Of a stretch of 64,000 bases of DNA, positions 23,712 to 36,645 are shown piece after piece. The stretch's first letter is position 1. Each line of letters opens with the position of its first letter. A program made the position numbers and the translations under genes. Under the pieces are notes generated by a model. The model did no database searches, was not told the origin of the DNA, and saw only the letters and a list, made by a program, of their open reading frames with translations. This stretch comes from Lama guanicoe (Eukaryota), in the NCBI GenBank assembly GCA_013239625.1, contig MU054391.1, forward strand, positions 3,191,130 through 3,255,129, in the 5' to 3' direction.

Positions 23712-25614
23712 CTAGGCTCCGAAGAAAGAGTCCTGTCCCTCTCTCTCCAGGATGTCCTAAGTCACCGGAAATAAGGCCAGAGAGGCGAGGACTCTGCCTC
23801 ATGGAACTCATAGTCCTATATTCACTTGTGGGTTTAAAAAGCATGTAAGTTCCATTCATTCATTCATTTATTCATTCATTCAATAAGCATTCACTAAGTC
23901 TCCCTGAGGGCAAGTACTGTCGTTTCCACACTTTTTGTATCAACAAATGGGGTTTTGCATAAAACAGGCACAGGCGTATCGTTGTAGTTCATCAAATACT
24001 TGTTGTTTCTTGAGAAGGTGGATGTGGATGTTGAGCTTGGCACCGAGTCCTAACTTTCACAGTAACCCTGTTGCTGTGAGAAGGGTGTTCCAGATCATCC
24101 TCCAGTGATTCTGGAGGAAGGCTGCCTTTGCGTCCACATCCCTACAGCGTTCCCCGCGGTTACCCACACAGAGCAGGGTCTGCAGCAGATACTCTCAAAG
24201 GCTGTTATTAATTTCACACCCTAAAGACACCAGCACAACGTGAACAAGCCGCATAAGCACCATCGCACACATCAGCCCGCCACCGTGATCTGAACTCAGT
24301 AGGAAAAACAAATTAAGCATCTCAAGGCTTTGTTTTCTTCTCTTCCTCTTTTTTTGGACTTCTTTTTCTCTCTCTCTGTTGCCCTGTGTCATCCAAGATC
24401 TCACATCTCTCTTTTTCCCCTTCTATTTCCCTCCGGCCTATAGCTCTCCATTTCAAATAACTTTGATCCAATTTTGAATAGAAAGGCTTCTAACCTTATA
24501 GGTCACGTTACGGGAAAATCCTGACATTATTATGCAAATGTGTTTTCTTTTTCTCTGTCCTCTTAGACTATTTCCAGCAGGGAGCATTTGCTTTAGCAAG
24601 TGGGCAGAGTGCACACTAGCACCTCAGGGGCCTGGGCTGGTATTTCCTGGTCCCCTGCATAAAATACAGACACCCTGCTTGCACACACAGCAAGAGGGAG
24701 AAAGGAAGCTAACATTTACAGAGGGCGCACATCCCACTTCTACATCGCGCCAGCAGACTCACTGGCGAATCACAGACCCGAGAGGCAGAGGAGGAGCACT
24801 TGGCTATGACTGCCATTCTTTCTTCTAATGCATCCATTTCTCTCTGTGGAATGAGAAAGAGGATGCATAATTCTCCATTGATCCATCAGGGAGATTGAAA
24901 ACCAAACCTATATCCACTCTTAAAGCCATGCTGAGCGTTCAAGAGATGAGATGAAACGAAAACCACACATGCATCGGGGAGCTAACACACTCTCGTTACT
25001 ACTGTGATTAAAAGATGGATGGAAGCAGAATTTTGAAATAGAAGTTACATCAGATAAAGGAATATTTTTTATCCTATTAATAATAATGATTAAAACTAAG
25101 GAAAGGAGAAAAAATAGGAAGAGTAATTATTTTCTTGATAATAGACTAATAGAATGTAACTTACACAGTTTTCTGTTGGTTTTTATTTAACAAGAATAGA
25201 TCTAGGATATCGTTTTGAAACAATCTGTATCTTTCTAGAATTTTCTGGTTTTCCCCAAGCATTGGCAGTTAATATGCCGCAACTTAATTCAACAGAATTT
25301 TTTTTTGACAATTGTGCTTAGTACGTCTAATGCTGAATTCGTAGTCACAAAAGCTCACTTCGCATACATGCAAAACATTACTGTACATAATATTGAATTC
25401 ACCTGTGTGATTGCGATAGTACTGAAGGCAAGTACAGCGAACCAGTACGGCTTGTGATGAGCATACACTTCAGAGAGAGGCTGCACGTATGTGAGTCCGA
25501 TAAAAACGACCTGCTGGCCCCCAGTGCTCAGTGGGCTGTGGGTGTGGGCCAGTGTGTTCATGCTGGGAATGGTGGATGGTGGTTTTGGAGGAGAAAGCGG
25601 TATACTTAACTGAT

Positions 25615-26310
25615 ATGTCAAAAGTGAAAGAAGAACTATTTAAACTCAACAATACGAAAAAAAAAACAACTTGATTAAAAAATGGGCCAAAACCTTTAAT
25701 AGACACGTCACCAAAGAAGATATATGCAAAGTAAGTAAATGTATGGAAAAATACCCACATCACGTGTCATCAGAAAAATGTAAATTAAACAACAGTGAGA
25801 TACCATGTCACACGTACTAGCATGACCGACATCTAGAGCTGACACCACCAAGGACCCTCCAGGATGTGCAGCTATCAGGCCACAGAAGACATGGCAGGAA
25901 CGCTGCGTATCACTGAGGGAATGGAGCCAGTCGGACCACAAACTGCATGATTCCAAGTTTATAATATTTTGGAAAAAGGCAAAACTATCGAGACAATACA
26001 AAGATCAGTCATTGCCCAGGGGTCAGAGGGATGGATACAAGCGGGAACATAAGGGCAATGAAAATACTCTGCTTGATATCATATTGGTGGATACACGTCA
26101 CTATACATTTGTCCAGACCCTTAGAATGCGCGACAGCAAGAACGAGCCTAACGTAAAGCATGGACTTGGAGTGATTCTGACGTGCTGATGTAGGGTCATC
26201 AGTGGCAGCAAATGGACCGTCTGGTATGGGATGTTGATAACGGGGGAGGCTGTGTGTGGGGGGGGCAGTTTTAGTGAATCTAAAACTGCCTTACTAGTAA
26301 AAATAACAAC
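25615..26310 (+). mobile_element. L1MC-type ORF2 end and 3' UTR
   Basis: aaaaatgggccaaaaccttt, gtggatacacgtcactatacatttgtcca, gatgttgataacgggggaggct. Confidence 0.8.
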
Positions 26311-26559
26311 CAAAATATTGCTTTGCTTACGAGGAAACTGAAAGAAAACATCCAGAATCCAAAGAGCAGTGGGGTTGTGGAGGGAAACGGTGAGAGAGGT
26401 GTATTCAATTTAATTCTGTTTTTCCTGGGAATTTCTTTTTTCCATAGTGTGTATCCTCTTAGCTAACTTCCACTTAGCTGGCGTGAGAGAAACCAGAGAT
26501 CACCGTTCCCAATACAGACAGGCTGGCTGGTGCCCGGCTGACACGCGAGGGCATGAACG

Positions 26560-28010
26560 ATTTTGTTAATGAGTTTGGTCTGATGCAGATATACCACCAT
26601 CTGCAGCATAAAGCAGAACATGGTATTTTTGTTTCAAATATTTATGGGACATTTTTCTAATTGTCTTACATTAGCCAAATTCTACAAATTCCAGAAATTA
26701 GAAAGCGTATACAGGTCCTATTTACTGACTGTGATGCAAAATAATACATATAAATACCAACAAAGGTTTTTAAAATGACTGAGAACTCTTCACAATATAA
26801 AGAGTGAAGCAAATGAGCTACATCATAAAGGAGACCAAGAGTTTAGTGAGTCAAGTAACTGGGAGAAAATGAGGAGAGTTTTCCTGCAGAATCAAAATCA
26901 AGTCGCTACAAAGCTATTGGCTGAATAAGATTAACCACAACGTGACTGTTGGCAAAAGCACATGTTTAAAAATCAAACACTGAGTAGTTGGGCACCCACA
27001 GGCAACAAACCCTGAAACTGGACCTGCATCTCCATCTGTAATGGGTTTACTCAGCTCAGCTTGCATGAAGATGGGCCACAGCTTCACGTAAAACGGTAAC
27101 ATTTACATCACGTGAAAAGGTACATTACATGAAAACGTAGAAGAGAAACTTCAGAATTTGCCAAATTTAGAATTATGCAGAGTTCTTACACTTAACACTG
27201 AAGGTGTAATCCATAAAAATAAAAAAAAATGATAAACTGATCCTCAATTAAATCAAAAACTTTGTTGTGTGAAAGACTATGAGAAGTGGATGGAATGACA
27301 AGCTACTCACTGGGAGAAAATGCTTGCAAACTTCATACATGGCAAGGACTCTATCTAAAATACATATATATATATAATATAAATACATATAGGTATGTAT
27401 AAAATCTTAAAACTCAGCAGCAGGGTGGTCTGTCAAAGACAAAAAACTATAATAATACTTGAGGTTGGCATAAGTGGAGTAACAGAAACTCTAAAACTAA
27501 AAAAACTTAATGGTACAAACATTCTTTAGAACAATTTGGCAATACATTAAGAAGCCTCAAAAATGCATGTTTTTTTTTTCTCATTCATTAATTTTCCTTC
27601 CGAGAATGTATCTTAAAAAGTCAATCTGACAAGTATAAAACATCTGTAAATGGGAATTCATCATAGTGTTGCATTTGAAAGGGTGATAGAGAAATAAATT
27701 GTCTGATAGAAATAATTGACTGAAATCACTTACGATCGTGCACTCCTGTTGTTCTATCACACAATAATTAAAAATAAGACACTGTCCTGGACAAATTGTG
27801 TGAAGAATGTCTTTGGCATATTTTAATGATAATGTATCAGCCATGTAAGAACCATAAGATTTGCAAGATATATACAGAACAATTCTATCTTTGTGATACA
27901 AAATATATACACATCTGTCCCTACATGTGTAAATGTGCATATTTGCATAAATTAAAAGACTGGAAAGAAATAAGTAATGATTAGTAATAGCAATTTCTGA
28001 GACTTAAAAT
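26560..28010 (+). mobile_element. Old L1 fragments
   Basis: L1 ORF2 and 3' motifs (cactgggagaaaatgcttgcaaa, aatttggcaata). Confidence 0.65.
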
Positions 28011-30251
28011 CTTAAGGTTTGAAGTTTTTGACTCAAGCTGTTCTTGACAACATTTTCAAATTCATACCGTTTTCAGAAACAGAAAAAGAACAGCTAAGCA
28101 CTATATATATTTTAAGGACGCCATGTTTAGGATATAAAATTTGGAAATCCCCCAAAATAGTGGAATAGAGGGAGACTCGCATTTCCCCACCAGCCAGCAG
28201 TAACTGTGGACATGATTTCATGACTCTCCTCCGACTGCTCTGCGGCACGGTCACGGTCACGGTCACGGCCGTGCTTTACCCACAGTGGTGCTCCTGTTTC
28301 ACTCACCACGGAGACGTGTGAATTCTCCCTGGGATCCGTTCCTCTTGTGCGGAGTGAACCACGTTACACTAACCACCGAACCAGGGAGCTTAAGCCCTGA
28401 CCACAGGCCTTCGTCAGCAGGAGCATCTGGAAGGCCACGCCCCTTATGGGCAGCGGTCCCTGCAAACCTCAGTCTTCATCTTTACCGGGTTCTCAAAGTG
28501 CAGCCCCTCCCCCACCTGGCAGTATTTGCACTCTGGCTGCCCAGAAAAAGCCCCTCCTGCACTGTGTCTGCTGTGTGTTTGCACATGTTACAGAGATGAA
28601 TATTCAGGAGCATTTTTGCTGAGGATGTGTCTGCAGAGGGTCAAGAGGACTCCCTCAGAGGGAGGGGAGCAAGTCTGCCAGGAGACCCTGCAAGGTCAGG
28701 CCTGACAGGGGCCAAGTGTGGCCCAGGTCTGACTGGCAGCTTGCGTGTTGGGTCGGAATTTCAGCTTGTGTCAGTTCCCAAATTTCGGGGGGGTCGCCCC
28801 CCTTCATTTCCTTACAATGGTTCTCCTGCTCTGAATCAACTCTGAGGGCAGAAGCCACTTTTCTTGGCTCTGCAGATACAGCCAGCCCTCAGGTGATGGA
28901 GGGGCCATTCCCACTGGGGCGTCTGGGGTACAGACAGGATCCCACCAGAAAGGCAAGCGCACCGCTCGCTTTTGTTGGAAAGCACTCACATTAGGAGTGG
29001 TTTCACGTTCATGGGCTTCAAAACCAGCTTGCCTCTCGTATTGCTCGCAGACACTTCCACCCTTAAAAATTAACTTGAGAAAAGGAGATAGAAGTCAGGA
29101 AACCAAGGCAGGAAAAGATGAGATTAAAAAAAATAAGCAAACAAGCATTGAGCTGGAAGATGGGCAAACCCGACCCGAATTCTGGTGTCTACGTGGCCCA
29201 TGTTTCACTATAGCCTGAGTCACTTCTCCTTGTGTAGAATGACTTCCGAAGCCGGTTATGGCAGAGGTGGCTGCAATCAGAAGTATCTTTACCACGTTTA
29301 GATACAAAAGTGCGTCAGTTCTTTTCCAAGTCCATTAAGCGAGGATCAGTGCGACAAGTATCTGGTTTTGAGAATGGTCATTCCTCACAGTGAAAGCACA
29401 GAGCCTGGGACACCACATTTTTGATTAAAAAAAAAAAAAGTGGGAGAACAGGATGGTGTGGTTGACCTGAAAGGCTGGGAGGCTCTGCTCTCTCCACCTG
29501 TGACCTCAATGCAGTTAAACTGGAATGAGGCTGACTTCAACTCGCTGCCTTTTCTGCCACCAAGCCTTATCTAAGCGGACAACTTAAAATGCCATAAAGA
29601 ACTCTTTCAAACTCCATCTCATCACGTTAAACTAGTTTCCAGAATCCGAGGTGACTTCGGGCAGTTCCCCACGTCCGCACCTTCTCCCGCAGGCCCACAG
29701 CCGTTCCCTCAAAAGATTCTAGGTTTGCACCGAGGACACGGAGGGGATACGTGATGCTCATGGCATGAAAGTGAACACACAGAGAGGATGACTTCAACCC
29801 GCACGTCCAGGATGTACAGTTTGTTTACTGTTCTTTAGCTCAAGGTAGGTTCTACGCTGAGCCCCATTCCGAGGTGGAGGCAGACACGGAGCGCAGCGCT
29901 GCACGGCGTGGAGCTCCCGTCGCGTGTGCAGGCGCCGCCGGGGGCCTGGGGTGGGGGAGACATCCAGCCCCACGTCTTCCCTCCGTGTGGGCACCTGCTG
30001 CGATGTCCAGCCTCCAGGGCTCCTCACAGCCCCCTGGAAACTGCCCTGAGAGGTCCCCGACTCCTGTCTGCTCGTCATGGCAAGTCCAAGGCTCCCTTTA
30101 CTCTGGGGAAGGCTGGAGGCTCCGAATTCACTCTGCTGCTTTCAAGCCACACTAAGGCGTGCAGATCTTTGCCAGGATCTCTTAGCGTCTCTGCATACCT
30201 CGGGTGTCTGGGGAGGGTCTCTGGCATAAAGTATTTTATTATTTTAAAAAT

Positions 30252-30349
30252 TTTTAAATTTTTTTTTATTTAAATGGAAGTACTGGGGATTGAACCCAGG
30301 GCCTCGTGCGTGCTGAGCACGCACCCTATCACTGAGCTACACCCTCCCC
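30252..30349 (-). mobile_element. tRNA-derived SINE, camelid vic-1 type
   Basis: Reverse of ggggagggtgtagctcagtg...cctgggttcaatccccagtac with A-rich tail; pol III A and B boxes. Confidence 0.85.
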
Positions 30350-30639
30350 TCTTTACTATTGCTATTATATTTTAATGGAAGGCATGAGGATTTTAGAAAA
30401 GCCCCTCCCCAGCATGGGCGCCCTGGCAAACCTCACGGAAACAGGGTTAAGAGCCGCTGCCTTGGACTTGTGTGTATCCATTGCCTCTCTGGTTGCTGAC
30501 ACCCCAAGGGTGCGGGGCCCTTCTCATCTACAAAACCTCTGAGTTCAGTTGGAACCCATCCCCCTTCTCACTGCCAGAGAGCCAAGCTACCTTCTGCCAA
30601 ATCTCCATCTCCAAGTGCACATCGTCACCTACTCAGATG

Positions 30640-30950
30640 TGGCCAGATTCTTTGGCACATTTATGCAAACTCACTGACCCTCAGTTTCTTCATCTATAAA
30701 ATGGAGACAAGAATCAGAACCCAGAAAGTTTATACAGGTGTTAAAAAGAGTGTGTAAAGTTTCTGTCTAATTGACTGTTGGCAAATAGTAAATATTTATC
30801 ACAGTTGCCTGCTGTGGGCTAAGCATTGTTCTAGGGATGGGATAATGGAAAGCAAAGTCTTTGTTCTCATAAAGTTTACCTTTTAATTGTAGATGCACAG
30901 AATATTTACATCTTAGGTGATAATATTCGCTAAGAAGAGAAACTGCTCAT
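30640..30950. mobile_element. MIR and L2 remnants
   Basis: cctcagtttctcatctataaaatgg (MIR core) followed by L2 3' text. Confidence 0.6.
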
Positions 30951-32119
30951 AGGATCTACATCTCAGAGGGGCAGGCAAACAATTCATTTTCCTCTACTTT
31001 GGGCTCCACTGCCTAGTAACTCACGGACACTATTCCGATCAAAATCTTCCAAAATAATTCTTATCTCACAAATGAATCCAAAGTCCTTATTGGCAACACA
31101 ATGTTGTTCCCAACTCCCCAGAGGCTCTTTCTGTCCTTCTCCCAGGGGACACAATCTCTGTCTCTAAACCCATGTGACAGTTTATCTGTACCTCACGACG
31201 TCATTTTCACTGTGTGCCTTTGTCATATCATAAAATATACTCTTACATTTGCTCTCCTTCAATATGACTGTGTAACTTTGAGTCTTTTCTCTCTCTACTT
31301 CATGAGAGAATATTATAATTTCTGATGTTATTTTGTCCTGTTTTGTTCTATTTGGAAACCTAGAAACTGCATTAACACACATTTTTAAAAAATAACAAGT
31401 GCTCAATCAAAGCATGTTTAATGTAAATAATAAATTAACAAAACGCAAGATATAAGTACATGATTCAAAGATTCTTTCATTGCAACTTGGAATTCTTGCA
31501 TCAGGGGAGTGTTTTTGTGACATTTTTCGACTTCAGTGGTTGCCCTCAAGCCTTTGGAGCAGCTGACGTGCAGAGAAGCTGAGCTCTGCTGCTTGCATAA
31601 GGCTTCTCTAAAGGACAAATGAAGAGAATCACTTGGGTTTGTCCTGTTTCAAACATTATGGTTCCACCTAAGGTAATGGGAGAAGAAGGATGTGGCAGGA
31701 GCAGAAATGCACTTTGGTATGTATTTAATTTCTGCATCTTTATACTAACGAGAGCTGAGCCTCGCAGGCTGACATTCAGATCAGCTGGGGACACAGGAGG
31801 CAAACAGAAAGTTCCTGGGGTTCCCTGTGGTTTTGGCTAGAGTGGCAGAGCCCTTGGCAGGGCGAGGTTTTATGTCAGGTTCAGAGGCCCCCTTTGCCCT
31901 CACCCCTGAATTTTAGGATGAAGTCAGCTCCTGCTCCTAGCAGGCCTCGGGCTCTCGATTTCCCGCTATCGTTTGCCCTTCTTTAGTCTCGTTCCAAAGC
32001 CTGTCCTACTCCCTGTCTCTACCCTGAGCCCGCTCTGCACCCCTGCTTGGCCTGAGAGCCTCCTCTCCTTTGTCCATCGGGTGCCCTGGCCTTCTCAGAC
32101 TAGCCGCTGAGTCAGTGTG

Positions 32120-32320
32120 GTCTGGAATGAAGTCCACGTTGTGTGGAAACTGTGGTTCTCTCACTTTCCAAACTGTGAGCTTGCTGGAGTTCTCTTATGA
32201 GTTTCCTCACCTCAGTTCACTCACCTGTACAACGGGAAGAGTTGATTTTCTTATAGGGTTTCATGCAGCTTGCTTGAAACAATGCACATAGTTTCCAGCA
32301 CAGAGTAAGTGATCAGTGTG
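32120..32320 (+). mobile_element. MIR remnant
   Basis: cctcagttcactcacctgtacaacggg...cagcacagagtaagtg. Confidence 0.6.
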
Positions 32321-33529
32321 TGGGACTTCTGGCTTTCAGCCGTGACCATCCCAGCTAACACATCTCCAGCTGGAAACTGCTAGTAATCCAAGGTCTGTTC
32401 TGTTGCCCTCAGTAACCTTCTCCCTTCTGTTGAGACACTAGGTCACATATAGATGTTGGGGTGTATCCTAATCTTTCTATCTATCTATCAATGTTATCAT
32501 TTAATTTATTTAAAGCAATAGCCTCTCTTTTGATAAACTGTGTACCTACCGCTCCCACCTGGTTTAAAGCCCCTGTGGTTTAGTGACAAACGGTCATGAC
32601 ATGACAGATTCCTGGGCCAGGCCACCTAACCTCCAAGCAAACTCATGGCCCCATTCCTGACAGAAGACCCGCAGCAGGAGACCCTCACTGTGGTTCGTAG
32701 CTGGAGCCAAAGGCGCACCTGAGCCTCAGCCCTGGGGCTGAGGAGCCGAGGCGACTGTCCCGCGGAGCTGGTCTTCTGTGAGTTTCCACGTCTCAGGCCC
32801 TCTGCTCTCTTTGGCTTGCTTCTTTTGTTCTTTCTTTTTAAAACTTCTTTGTTTGATGCATTCTCTTTGGCTATTTTTTTTTTTCAGATCTGTTTCCTAT
32901 CTAAGAAGATGAAGTTTCATTGAATTTGGAGGATCTTCTGCCCTAGGGAGTGAATAAACACCAGAGCGAGGACCACAGAGAAACCCCTCACTGGTCTCTG
33001 TAGGCCAATGAAATCTTCACAGTTTAGACACAGCCCAGCCTGGTTTCCAAGGCCGGGCCTCCATGAGAACGTCGTCTCATCGTCCAGACAACCAGCCCAT
33101 TACTTATTCGCACCCCTGATTTTTCTCTGTGCTTTCTGATTCCAGTTACCTCCTTTGTAAGCATCGTGTATGGTAGCTTTATGCTTAATGTCTTCTAAGA
33201 TATGAACTTTCGCAGATTCTGTCAAAGGAGAAAGAAAATGACTATCTGTCAGCCCCTTAATGTATTCTAGGCAATGAGATAAATGTTGTATTTATCTTTA
33301 TAAAATCTTCTAGTAAAGTTATTAGGCTCATGTTTCTACTAAAGAAATCAAGTTGCCAAACACATGGAAACAAGCCCACTCCTAAATATGGACCAAGAGA
33401 AAGGCTTGTCCCCGTGCTCCGGGCAGGCACATAGGTAATATCCTGTCTGCAAGGAGGAGTTATCCAAGGTCATCAAATATTAATTGGATTATTGTATATT
33501 TGTGTAACTTCGCTATAAAATAACTTCAA

Positions 33530-34030
33530 AATGAATCAGTTACAGCTATACATATAAACACGGATGACTTTCAAAATATTAGCATTGAGAGAAAAATGCA
33601 TGTCTTTGAAGATCACATGCAGTCAGCTTTTTTTTCTCTAAAAATTTGAAGGAGGGATTGTTTCAATTACATGCATTCAGAATAGGGATCCGTACATACA
33701 CATATAATTTGGAAATACTGAAGAAATAATATAACACAGACTATGGATCACTTCAAATGGGAATAAACACACGACTGGGAAGGGGCGTACTGGGGGCTTC
33801 AAAGATAAATGTCATATTTTAAATACAATACATTATGGTTTGGACACAGATAATTGTTTTTTAAATTATTATTTATTATTTATTTGTTATTTACTTATTT
33901 ATTATTTTATTATTTTAAAGCCATTTATAAATGTGCACACATACAATAGTACGTGTGTGTGTGTGTATGTGTGTATATTGATGTACAATTACTGTTTTAT
34001 GTCTGATATATTCATGCAAAATTAAAATTA
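33530..34030 (+). mobile_element. Old L1ME-type 3' fragment
   Basis: cagctatacatataaacacggatgactttcaaa; ggggcttc; AT-rich tail. Confidence 0.5.
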
Positions 34031-36497
34031 CTAATGAAGATGCCCGTGACTTCTATTCACAGGTCAGTGTCAACTTCACCCACAAGGCTGAGATTTATTC
34101 TTAGCAGTGACAAAGCATAACTGGCATTGGAAGCTCTTTGCATCTTCAGTTCTGCATTTGGGAGGCAAGTGTGCAAAGCAGCCCTTGGCAGTCTCACTAG
34201 AGAGATGAGAACTTACCCAGGAGCCAAAGAGTGGAGTCTTGTACAGAGACTGCACCTCAGATGAGAGCTGTTCTCAGCCAGTTCTCCATAAATTGTGACC
34301 TTTTCTTGTAGGTGTCTGCATATTCAGTCAGATCCAACTGGCCAGGCCAACGCTCGGCTCGTGTGCGTATAATTTCCCACACGTATTCAACATGCAAAAC
34401 GATCAGATGAAAAACACATCCAGACGTGATGTCTTCAATGTCTGGGCCCCCTCTGGGCTCGGTCATTCCAGGGACGGGAAAGGTGGCGGCCGTGGATGGA
34501 ACAGACGTGCGTATTGTGAGTGTCATGGTGGTTTGACAGGAGGCTGTGGCAAGTCTGTGAAAAGTCTTAACAAACAGGTGTAAATAAAATCCTGTGGGAT
34601 CTACAAGGACACACCTGGCTCCCCGTGGCGGACTGGAGCAGGAGCCTTGCACTTGGACCCTGGTGGTCTGGCGAAAAAGACGGGAGGATGTGAGACAGAA
34701 AATCACACCCACTCTGTGTGCTGCCCGATTCCGCTGGGTCACTAGAGCAGCAGAACACCTCTCCCTTTTCAATTTTCCTTCGAGAGTCGAAAGTGGCATG
34801 TCCTGCAAGGAGGGTGCCCTCTGCCCCGCAGCGTCCTCCCCACCCTCAGGACCGCCGGGCCCTCCGACGCACCGCAGAGCGGGGAGGAGAACGCGGCTGC
34901 CCGTTCCAGCACGGGGAGGGGATTTGGCCTCCTGGTCCCTCAACAAATGGCCATCAAAACTGCTTCCTTTAAGTCTCATCTCTACAACATTTCTCAAAGC
35001 ACGCAGAACTAAGTCCCTGCTAAATAGAGATCTCCTCTTCTTTTAACATCAACCCGGCCCAAACCAAGAATGGTTTTCAGAGACCTCGCTGTTGCGTGCA
35101 ATGCTGTTGGAGGAGGGCCTAAAACGACGCCGGTTCTTGGCGGGGGCTGAGCCCAGGGCTCGCGGTCACCCTCCGCAGCCTTTACAAGGCCTGCGGTCGC
35201 CCCGCTCACTGCAGGAGCCGCACAGTCGGCACCGTGTCTAGCAATCGCAGTGCACCCTTCTGCCCCTTATTCATTCCAGAAGCGTTAGTGTTAATTTTTA
35301 TTGATTTTCAAAAATACAAGGCAAGGCAAAATGCAATTTCAAAGAGCCGTAACGGTGGGAAAGCTTTTACTAGGTCATAACCTGGTTAATTTATGCTCAA
35401 TTCTAATTCTTCCTTACTTAACACAGCCCTGCACGGGTGACCCGAGACTTCAACCTGTCTTTGTGGCCCGCTTGTGAGTGACTCGCCATGAGTGAGCCAG
35501 TCCACTAGAAGGAAGACCCTGGTTAACCCTTCAGGGTACTGAGGATTTAAGAAATTGTCTCAGACAAGACCTTATAAAGTGAAGGGCGTGGGTGCGACAA
35601 GCCTCCATTCACATGCATCCTGGTGCCAGCGTCCAGAGCTGTCCGCATCGACGTCAACTTTCAGAAGGAAACCGCTGAGCCTCCATTCAGCCAATGGACC
35701 ATGACAGCTAACACCCATTTGTTAGATAGGGTGCAGTTTACTGTTTCTTTAAATCCCATGTGCCTTTTGCTTTTTAATTGAAAAGGGTCCCTTAGACGCC
35801 CAAATTACAGATAGTTATGGGGTACCTACTCAGGGCCCAGGACCGTGGAGGTCAGACAGGGAACGCGTTCCTTGCCCTTAAGTAGCTCACAGTGCTCTTG
35901 GGACTGGGGAATAAATGATGTGACTCAGAGTAGAAAGGGTGTGATGAAGTACTTAGGAGACGGACCTGGAAGACTTCCTGAAAGAGGGGGCGCAGGCTGA
36001 GTCTTGAGTTGTAAGTGAAAGTTTGGCCAGTTAAAGAGGGTGGGGTAGAGCATCCAGTCCATGTGAACGTTGTGCACCAAGCAACTGCGGAATACATCTG
36101 GTCGGGGAAAGAGCTAGTGTGTCTGTGATGTGTGAGGAGAGGGGTGGGAAAGGAAGCTAGAGAGGCAGCCAGCAGCTGTGTCGTGAAGGACCAAACTGAA
36201 GAGGAACAAAAGTAGCAGAATGGCCGGGTCTGACAATACTGCCTTTATTCCATCTCTGAGCAAACGCGGTCTTCTGGGGATCAAGGCTTGACCCACATTT
36301 GTGTAAGACTGCGCTGCGGGACAGGGATAGAGACATTCTTAAGGCAATAGATGCATCAGCCCCCTCACCAGTTCTCCTTCCTCTGTGATTGCCTGTCTGC
36401 CCAACTCCCCTCAGGTGCGGAAGGACAAAAAGCAACGCTACTACAGCAATATTTATCAGCATCATTAGAACCTCTAACAGTATTAAAATATTGTTTC

Positions 36498-36645
36498 CCT
36501 CCCTCCCTCCCTACCCCCTCCTCCCTTCCTTCCTCCGTCCTTTCTTCCCCCTCCCTCCTCCCTTCCTTCCTCCCTCCTTCCCTCTCTCCCTTCTTCTCTC
36601 CGTCCTTCCTCTCTCCCTCTCTCCTTTCCTACTGTCCTTCCTTTT
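36498..36645. repeat. Polypyrimidine (CCT/CCTT) low-complexity tract
   Basis: Direct reading. Confidence 0.9.

Noticed and set aside
28243..28268. (CACGGT)x4 short tandem repeat
   Set aside because: Simple slippage repeat without spacers or other structure.
34257..34997. Longest ORF (246 aa, minus strand)
   Set aside because: Lies in GC-rich sequence with overlapping ORFs on both strands; no recognisable domain or coding-like composition.
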